Shown here piece after piece: positions 55,711-64,000 of a DNA stretch of 64,000 nucleotides. Below the pieces are notes generated by a model. That model ran no database searches. It was not told the origin of the DNA and saw only the letters and a program-made list of their open reading frames with translations. The position numbers were made by a program, and so were the translations under genes. Source of the DNA: Eledone cirrhosa (lineage: Eukaryota); the NCBI GenBank assembly GCA_964016885.1, contig OZ024754.1, positions 38,998,001-39,062,000 on the forward strand, given 5' to 3'. How positions within the stretch are numbered: the first letter of the stretch is position 1; each line of letters starts with the position of its first letter.

Positions 55711-57562
55711 ACTCTTTTTCCTTTTGCTTCGGAAATACTTAACACATTAAAACATATATATATATATATATATATATAACAAATAAGAGGGACGGTTTTA
55801 TTCGTACATCTTCTGAATAATATATATCTATATATATATATATTAATGCCTATAAGTAGAAATTAAATAGTTAAACTGCAGCTCAACCAATAAGTAAAAG
55901 GCAGTATTAAGTAATCCACAATTTTCTATTATTAGAATTGGTATTAACATAATCTAAAGCTTGGTAAGATGAGTGAATAAGTGTGTAGTTATGGTTTAGA
56001 AGGTAACAAGGTGTAGAGTGGGGAGGGAGGGTTAGAGTGGGGAGGGAGGGTTAGAGTGGGGAGGGGGTTAGGGGTGGAATGGGGGTGATTAGGGGTGGAG
56101 TGGGGGTGATTAGGGGTGGAGTGGGGGTGATTAGGGGTGGAGTGAGGGTGATTATGAATGAATGGAGAAGGTAAACAAGATGAAGGTGTGATGTTTATAG
56201 AATGGAGAATGTAATAAGAGTGAAGGTGTGGTGTTTATAGAATGGAGAAGGGAAGCAGTGTGGAGATATTAAACAAAATGTCTGGTTTTCCCCGTTTTAG
56301 TTGGGGAACATTCAAGACAAAAGTCAAGGGGATTATCATCAGATTAGAGCAAGAATATTTCCATTGGTCTTTCGATTGTTAACACTATCTGTTGGTCACA
56401 ACTCCTGGTAGTAGGAGGCAAGATCTGAACTCAGAAGACACAGGGTCAGATCAGATATCACAAACTATACTATTCAACTTTTTATCAACACTGCCAACCA
56501 TCACTCATAGACAGGTACTTTATTTAGCAACCTCAAAAGGATGAAAGGCAAAGATAACCTGGTCAGGAATTGAATTCTGAATGCAGTGAACCAGAACAAA
56601 TTTAACCCAATGACCTAACAACTCTGTCAATTCACCATCTTTAAAAAATGATAAATTCAATAAATATTTTAAAGGCCAACATTTGTTGATTAAACCCATT
56701 CATGACTGCATTTCTAATAAAATATACACTATTTTAATTAATTAATTAATGAAGAATTTTGAGGGATTTACTAAAATTATTAATTATTTCATTACTAAGA
56801 TAGTAACTTAATGTAAGGTACTGATATAGAATTATATTGGAAGAGGAAGATTTTAATTTAAATTGGAAACCTTTAAAATGGGTGGTTTTATAACTGAAGG
56901 GTTAAACTCTGTTGATTAGTCCCAGGTTGAACCTCAGGCATTCTCAGAGAAACACAATGTGCCATGGCTGGTTCTTTGGATTACAGATACAGTCTTCTTG
57001 TAATATAATTTAAGTGGCTGAGTATTCCAAAGACATTTGCAACTATAATTCTTAGTCAGAATGGTGCTTTGGATTACAGATACAGTCCATCTTGTAAAAC
57101 AATAAAAGTGGCTGAGTATTCCACAGACTCTTGTATCTGTAACATAATCCTCCAACAGATGCAGCATGAATGACAAGTATAGTCTATTCTAAAGGCTTCC
57201 ACACAGTTTCTATCCACCAAATTTCACTTACAAGGCTTGAATCAACCCAAGGCTATGGTAGAAGCTACATGACCAAGGTGACACAAGTGGAATCAAATTT
57301 CAGACTTCATAATTACGCCTACACCAGACTTTACAAACATTAATATACTATTAATATATACATACACAATCATGTAGTAGGTGCCTTGGTGTAGTTGTAA
57401 ATTATTTAAATATAACTGATACAATTGGGAAAGCATGAATATCACAACACATGCTTTATCTTCCTTGCCCTAAAAACTTAAAGTGTTATAACCTTTGTAA
57501 GAAATCATATATTGACATATGTGTGTCTATGTGTATGAGATCTGTTTAGATATGAAGATAGT

Positions 57563-57903
57563 GGAGGCACATGGCTTAGTGGTTAGAGCATTGGCCTTGC
57601 AATCGAAAGGTTGTGAGTTCAATTCTCAGACCGGGTGATGTGTTGTTTCCTTGAACAAGACACTTTATTTCACATTGCTCCAGTTTACTCAGCTGTAGAA
57701 ATGAGATGATAGGGACTGGGGTCCCTATCATTCCACTGCAAAGTGGTCGTGGAGGTGCAACGGCAAAAAAGCACCCAGCACTCACTGTAAATGAGGTTGG
57801 TGTTAGGAAGGGCATCCAGCTGTAGAAATCAAGCCAGAATAAGTGCCCATCCGACCCTTGCAAGCAGGGAAAAGCGGACGTAAAATGATGATGATGATGA
57901 TGA
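57563..57903 (+). mobile_element. Full-length CORE-type SINE with an RTE-derived 3' tail
   Basis: tRNA head (TGGCTTAGTGG; GAGTTCAATTCTC), CORE-like TTTCCTTGAACAAGACACTTTATTTCAC, hairpin ATGATAGGGAC-TGGG-GTCCCTATCAT, then GGTTGGTGTTAGGAAGGGCATCCAG and (GAT)n as in the LINE at 63.6-63.75 kb. Confidence 0.85.
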
Positions 57904-58119
57904 TATGCAATTGTGTGTTTATAAATATGGTTCTAAAATATCACAGATGTATGTGTTCTAAGTTAAGCTTAAGATAATAATTATCTTGTAATTATATAAT
58001 TAATTAAAGAAGCTATTTGGAAGTACACATGTAATAAATATAGATATAACCATCAGTGTGTGATAAATATAGATATTACCAATAATAACCAATAGAAATA
58101 AGTAGGACAACTTCTTGAA

Positions 58120-59022
58120 ACTGGCAGTCAATGATCTTAACACCAGCAGTCAATGACAGTCTTGACAGTGGACAGCCAAAGACAGGGTCTTGACACCAAC
58201 TGTCAATGAGTCTTGGCAGTGGACAGCCAAAGACAGGGTCTTGACACCAGCAGTCAATGACAGTCTTGGCAGTGTACAGCCAAAAGGGGGGGGTCTTGAC
58301 ACCAGCAGTCAATGACAGTCTTGGCAGTGTACAGCCAAAGACAGGGTCTTGACACCAGCAGTCAATGACAGTCTTGGCAGTGGACAGCCAAAGACAGGGT
58401 CTTGACACCAGCAGTCAATGACAGTCTTGGCAGTGGACAGCCAAATACAGGGTCTTGACACCAGCAGTCAATGACAGTCTTGACAGTGGACAGCCAAAGA
58501 CAGGGTCTTGACACCAGCAGTCAATGACAGTCTTGGCAGTGGACAGACAAAGACAGGGTCTTGACACCTACTGTCAATGACAGTCTTGGCTTTGGACAGC
58601 CAAAGACAGGGTTTTGACACCAGCAGTCAATGACAGTCTTGGCAGTGGACAGACAAAGACAGGGTCTTGACACCAGCAGTCAATGACAGTCTTGGCAGTG
58701 TACAGCCAAAGACAGGGTCTTGACACCAGCAGTCAATGACAGTCTTGGCAGTGGACAGCCAAAGACAGGGTCTTGACACCAGCAGTCAATGACAGTCTTG
58801 GCAGTGTACAGACAAAGACAGGGTCTTGACACCAACAGTCAATGACAGTCTTGACACTGTCAGCCAAAGACAGGGTCTTGACACCAACAGTCAATGACAG
58901 TCTTGACACTGTCAGCCAAAGACAGGGTCTTCACACCAGCAGTCAATGACAGTCTTGACACTGTCAGCCAAAGACAGGGTCTTGACACCAACAGTCAATG
59001 ACAGTCTTGGCACTGTCAGCCA
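58120..59022. repeat. 53-bp minisatellite (~17 copies) built from two diverged ~26-bp subunits
   Basis: GACAGGGTCTTGACACCAGCAGTCAAT plus GACAGTCTTGGCAGTGGACAGCCAAA. Confidence 0.95.
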
Positions 59023-59032
59023 AGCATACATT

Positions 59033-59201
59033 TAGAGTTACTATTGTTGTCTTGATAAACACCTAGTGTACCAGCTATGTAGAGTTACTATTGTTGTCTT
59101 GATAAACACCTAGTGTACCAGCTATGTAGAGGTACTATTGTCTTGATAAACACCTAGTGTACCAGCTATGTAGAGGTACTATTGTCTTGATAAACACCTA
59201 G
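59033..59201. repeat. 45-48-bp tandem repeat, ~3.5 copies
   Basis: Unit TAGAG[T/G]TACTATTG(TTG)TCTTGATAAACACCTAGTGTACCAGCTATG. Confidence 0.9.
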
Positions 59202-59527
59202 CTGTCAGAACTTAGAATTTATCTACAATAAGCTTAGCATCTTACATAGAGGAGCCAGATGTCTTATTTTTGTTTGTTTCTTTTTTTTTTGCTTAAGGCT
59301 TCTGAAACAGGATTAAGTAATGGCTTTGTGAACTGATAAGGTTCATTAGTGGAGAGGAAGAATTAACTTTTAATTTCTATGGAAAAATGTCAGTAAAATC
59401 TACTTGATTCTGGGTTTGTTATCTTATATATTTTTTTTCATTTCATTATCAACACTCCTTGACTTCCTCTTACTCAAGCTCTGTCTCTATTCCAGTGTGC
59501 ATATGCATGCATATATGTGTGTGCATC

Positions 59528-59571
<44 letters not shown>

Positions 59572-60334
59572 TAGATATATATATATATACACACACACAT
59601 ATACATGTGTGTGTGTGTGTGTATGTGTCTCCCACACTATTTTTGTTTTTGTTGTTCATGTTTAAATTTGTCTCACTTACCATCATTGATGACTAAGCTG
59701 GTAAGTATTTCTAAATGTCTATGTCTAGTCTGACCTCACTAGAAATTGCCTTAACTCAAACTTTATAATCAGTCAGCAGTAAATAGTAACTGTTACTGTA
59801 ATTGTAGCCATTAGGGACAGTTTGCTTGTTGTTGCATCACTTCGTTGTAGTTTGTTCTGAAGAACAAAAACATTTTTATAGTTCCTAATGTAAGTTGATT
59901 ATAATAAAATAAAGCAAAGCAGAGAATGGGAGGCGGCAGTGAGTTTCTTCTATTAATAACCCTTCAGGCACAAAATAGTTAGTACTTTTGCTCAAGTGAT
60001 CACAAATTCAACACAAGATTTGTGACAGGTTTAGAAACTTTCGCCCCACCAAGGGTCTGTAAAAGCAATGGAAACTTCCCTTCTACTCCAGAATAAATTA
60101 TATATCAAAGGACAGGCAAAAAAAAAAAAAAAAAGCAAACTATCATCATCACAATTTAATGACTATTTTCCATGCTTGCTTGGGTTAGACAGGCTGTCAC
60201 GTTCTGAGGCTAAACAGGTCAGGTGACCTTGGTTTCTACAGCTAGATGTCCTTCCTAGCACCACCCTCTTTACCGCATGTACTGGGAACATTTTATCATG
60301 GCTCCGGCACTACTATTTTACAGAATGTACATTT

Positions 60335-61662
60335 TTTTTTATTGTGATACTAACTCAACCCCCTTACACAGTGGACTGAGAGCATTTTTATTGTGACATC
60401 AACTCAACCCCCTTACACAGTGGACTGAGAGCATTTTTATTGTGGCATCAATACAACCACCTTACACTGTGGACTGAGAGCATTTTTATTGTGGCATCAA
60501 TACAACCACCTTACAGGGTGAACTGGGAGCATTTTTATTGTGACATCAATACAACCACCTTACACTGTGGACTGAGAGCATTTTTATTGTGGCATCAATA
60601 CAACCACCTTACACTGTGGACTGAGAGCATTTTTATTGTGACATCAATACAACCACCTTACAGGGTGAACTGGGAGCATTTTTATTGTGGCATCAATACA
60701 ACCACCTTACACTGTGGACTGAGAGCATTTTTATTGTGGCATCAATACAACCACCTTACAGGGTGAACTGGGAGCATTTTTATTGTGACATCAATACAAC
60801 CACCTTACACTGTGGACTGAGAGCATTTTTATTGTGGCATCAATACAACCACCTTACAGGGTGAACTGGGAGCATTTTTATTGTGACATCAATACAACCA
60901 CCTTACAGGGTGAACTGGGAGCATTTTTATTGTGGCATCAATACAACCACCTTACACTGTGGACTGAGAGCATTTTTATTGTGACATCAATACAACCACC
61001 TTACACAGTGGACTGAGAGCATTTTTATTGTGGCATCAATACAACCACCTTACAGGGTGAACTGGGAGCATTTTTATTGTGACATCAATACAACCACCTT
61101 ACACTGTGGACTGAGAGCATTTTTATTGTGGCATCAATACAACCACCTTACAGGGTGAACTGAGAGCATTTTTATTGTGGCATCAATACAACCACCTTAC
61201 ACTGTGGACTGAGAGCAATTTTATTGTGGCATCAATACAACCACCTTACACAGTGGACTGAGAGCATTTTTATTGTGGCATCAATACAACCACCTTACAG
61301 GGTGAACTGGGAGCATTTTTATTGTGACATCAATACAACCACCTTACACTGTGGACTGAGAGCATTTTTATTGTGGCATCAATACAACCACCTTACAGGG
61401 TGAACTGAGAGCATTTTTATTGTGGCATCAATACAACCACCTTACACTGTGGACTGAGAGCAATTTTATTGTGGCATCAATACAACCACCTTACACAGTG
61501 GACTGAGAGCATTTTTATTGTGGCATCAATACAACCACCTTACACTGTGGACTGAGAGCATTTTTATTGTGGCATCAATACAACCACCTTACAGGGTGAA
61601 CTGGGAGCATTTTTATTGTGGCATCAATACAACCACCTTACAGGGTGAACTGGGAGCATTTT
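60335..61662 (-). repeat. 49-bp satellite (~27 copies, two interspersed variants) derived from the RTE 3'-UTR
   Basis: Unit TGGACTGAGAGCATTTTTATTGTGGCATCAATACAACCACCTTACACTG. An inverted RTE tail precedes it at 60143-60335. Confidence 0.93.
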
Positions 61663-62196
61663 TTTCATAGCACCGACACTGGGGATGCATTGATTGTCTT
61701 CTTCCAATGCTGGTATGAGCTGGACAGGTCTGTCGTGGTTTGAGACGTGTGGTTGTATCTGATAGAGGGCTTCGCATGTGGTTTAATGATAGGGGCCCTA
61801 ACCCTATCATGAAAAACTATGTGAAATGAACCATCTTTTTCAAGAACACAATGTGGCATCTAGTCCACGAATCAAACCCATGACCTTATGATCCTGAGTC
61901 CAACATCCTAACTACTAAGTTACACATATTGGTGGTAAATATATGATATCAGTTCCTTCACAAGAATGTATGGTAAATATTAATCACTCAGTTTCATTCT
62001 TTGGCTGTGAAACGGTTTTATTTCTAACAGAATCTAGTCTCAATTTGTCGACTAAAATGCAATGTCTTCAATATGTTTCAACAGAACATGAGGTGTCGAA
62101 TTCCAGTAATAGGAGATTAACGAAGTAATTAAGGAATCCAGTTACCTGTAACGATACACCAATTATTTCAAAGCCTCAATCTAAAGTGACAACTGC

Positions 62197-63366
62197 AGAA
62201 AACTAGGCGTTGACGAATGGCTTGTGAGGGCTATACAAGCCATGTATAAAGAAACAGTCAGCAAGGTTAGAATTAACAACGAATATAGTGAAGAGTTTAG
62301 CGTAAAAGTCGGCGTCCATCAGGGCTCTGTTCTCAGTCCACTACTATTTATTATTGCCCTTCAGGCCATAACAGAGGAGTTCAAGACAGGCTGCCCATGG
62401 GAACTCCTATACGCAGACGACCTGACACTCATAGCGGAATCAATGGCCGAGCTAGAGAAGAAATTCCAAACATGGAAGCACGGCCTAGAGTCAAAAGGAC
62501 TTAAAATTAACCTGGCTAAGACCAAAGTACTAGTTTGTAGGAAAGAAAACAAGGCGGCGGTCCCTTCTGGGAAATGGTCGTGCTCGGTGTGTAGGAAAGG
62601 CGTAGGTAGAAACTCCATTTTATGTCCTAAATGCAAAGTATGGGTGCATAAAAGATGTAGTGGGATCACAGGTAGGCTAACTAAGAACATAGATTTTACA
62701 TGTGGCCGGTGCTCTGGTGCAATAAGTAGCAGCAAGTGCCCACAAACTACTAGCTCTTTCAATTGCGCAGAGGGTTCTATAGAAATAGTGGACAGCTTCC
62801 GTTACCTGGGCGATAAAATCAGCAGTGGGGGAGGGTGCTCTGAAAGTACTGTAGCTAGAGTCAGAACTGGTTGGAAAAAGTTCAGAGAGCTTATACCACT
62901 ATTAGCTGCTAAAGGGTTCTCACTAAAAATGAAAGGCAGGTTGTACGATGCCTGCATACGAACAGCAATGCTGCATGGCAGTGAGACCTGGGCATTGTGT
63001 GCAGAGGATATACGCAGACTAGAGAGGAACGAAGCTTGCATGCTCCGCTGGATGTGTAACAGTAATATACGTGAACGGCAAAGCATAAACGAACTAAGGA
63101 ATAAATTAGAGATAAGAGGGATCAGATGTTGTTTACTCGAGAGAAGGCTACGTTGGTATGGACACGTGATGCGCATGAAAGTCGATAGCTGTATAACAAA
63201 GTGCAGGGCAATAAAGATAGACGGTAGTCACGGAATAGGCAGACCTAGAAAAACCTGGGACGAGCTGATAAACTCCGACATCACACACTTACACCTCTCC
63301 AAGACAATGTCACTGGACCGAGACCTTTGGCGGTACTCAGTAACAGAGAAGACCCGCCTTACCTAA
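62197..63366 (+). CDS. Partial LINE ORF2: reverse transcriptase C-terminal half, PHD-like Cys-rich insert and RTE C-terminal domain
   Basis: RT motifs GVHQGSVLSPLLF, LLYADD, GLKINLAKTK and FRYLG; C-terminal RRLRWYGH and GRPRKTW; no stops over ~390 codons. It lacks the endonuclease and the RT N-terminus. Confidence 0.9.
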   Translation, partial: RKLGVDEWLVRAIQAMYKETVSKVRINNEYSEEFSVKVGVHQGSVLSPLLFIIALQAITEEFKTGCPWELLYADDLTLIAESMAELEKKFQTWKHGLESKGLKINLAKTKVLVCRKENKAAVPSGKWSCSVCRKGVGRNSILCPKCKVWVHKRCSGITGRLTKNIDFTCGRCSGAISSSKCPQTTSSFNCAEGSIEIVDSFRYLGDKISSGGGCSESTVARVRTGWKKFRELIPLLAAKGFSLKMKGRLYDACIRTAMLHGSETWALCAEDIRRLERNEACMLRWMCNSNIRERQSINELRNKLEIRGIRCCLLERRLRWYGHVMRMKVDSCITKCRAIKIDGSHGIGRPRKTWDELINSDITHLHLSKTMSLDRDLWRYSVTEKTRLT

Positions 63367-63756
63367 ATATATAGTAAAACCTACTCCAGCCAGTAGGCAT
63401 CTCTAACAAATACACCCCGTCCCACCACCCCCACCCGATCCACACCACCCCGTTCTATGTAAAGTTATGTTGGTGCCGCGCCATCGAGGCCGAAACAAAT
63501 GAGATCGTGTAGGTGTCACGACAAAAAAACACACAGTCCACGCTGTAATGTGGCCGTGTAGGCAACACGGTAAAAACCTCCCAGACCCACACTGTAAATG
63601 TGGTTGGTGTTAGGAAGGGCATCCAACTGTAGAAAACCTGCCAGACAGTCCTATGCGAGCAAGACAATCACTCTTGCCTCAAGTGGGACTACCCCCGTCC
63701 AAACCCATGCAAGCGTGGAACACGGACGTTAAACGCTGATGATGATGATGATGATG
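62197..63756 (+). mobile_element. 5'-truncated RTE-clade (BovB-like) LINE: ORF2 3' half, 3'-UTR and (GAT)n tail
   Basis: The open frame begins RKLGVDEWLVRAIQAMY. The 3'-UTR ends GGACGTTAAACGCTGATGATGATG. Confidence 0.95.
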
Positions 63757-64000
63757 AATAATGGTTCTGTTTCCAATTGAGGCACAAGACCAGAAATGTG
63801 CGGAGGTGAGTGTAGGTCTAAATAATGATGTTTAACCCTAGGTTTGCCATGATTGACCAGACATATGATCAATGGTGTTCTAGCAATGGCAGTCATGACA
63901 ATCTGTCCAACCCACACCAGAGTGGAAAATGGATGTAAAACGGTGGTGCTGATGATGATGATGATAATATATACACATATATGAGTGTGTTTACTCTTTA

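Noticed and set aside
56015-56150. Telomere-like TTAGGG motifs in a G-rich tract
   Set aside because: These are isolated motifs in a short ~21-bp G-rich tandem repeat, not a telomeric array. At most they give G-quadruplex potential.
57567-57635. tRNA genes at SINE heads (also 7612 and 35745-35812)
   Set aside because: A/B boxes are present, but they run into CORE-type SINE bodies and have no clean cloverleaf.
62361-63176. Antisense ORFs of 133 and 124 aa
   Set aside because: They are shadow frames of the LINE ORF2.

Overview
Eukaryotic, AT-rich window dominated by repeats. I found no supportable host protein-coding exon, so it is most likely intronic or intergenic. The repeat repertoire resembles coleoid cephalopod (octopus-like) DNA, which is an inference from the repeat families only. 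Contents: (i) a 5'-truncated but open RTE-clade LINE (62.2-63.75 kb) with many 3'-UTR and ORF remnants, plus R4/Dong-like and CRE-like non-LTR fragments; (ii) several tRNA-derived SINE families with interchangeable heads and tails; (iii) TTAA-bounded (piggyBac-like) and TA-bounded (Tc1/mariner-like) MITEs and a non-autonomous Helitron, including a three-level nest; (iv) about 15 mini/satellite arrays, several amplified from short modules of these transposons, and multi-kb microsatellites that generate nearly all of the supplied ORFs; (v) one 200-N gap. The most interesting signal is a set of short non-coding elements embedded in (TA)n tracts that carry type-I hammerhead ribozyme motifs (12.75, 12.95, 13.4 and 55.3 kb; partial at 8.1, 36.95 and 55.0 kb). 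Several of them are integrated as near-perfect fold-back palindromes, which suggests Penelope-like or retrozyme-like elements that integrate by snap-back reverse transcription.
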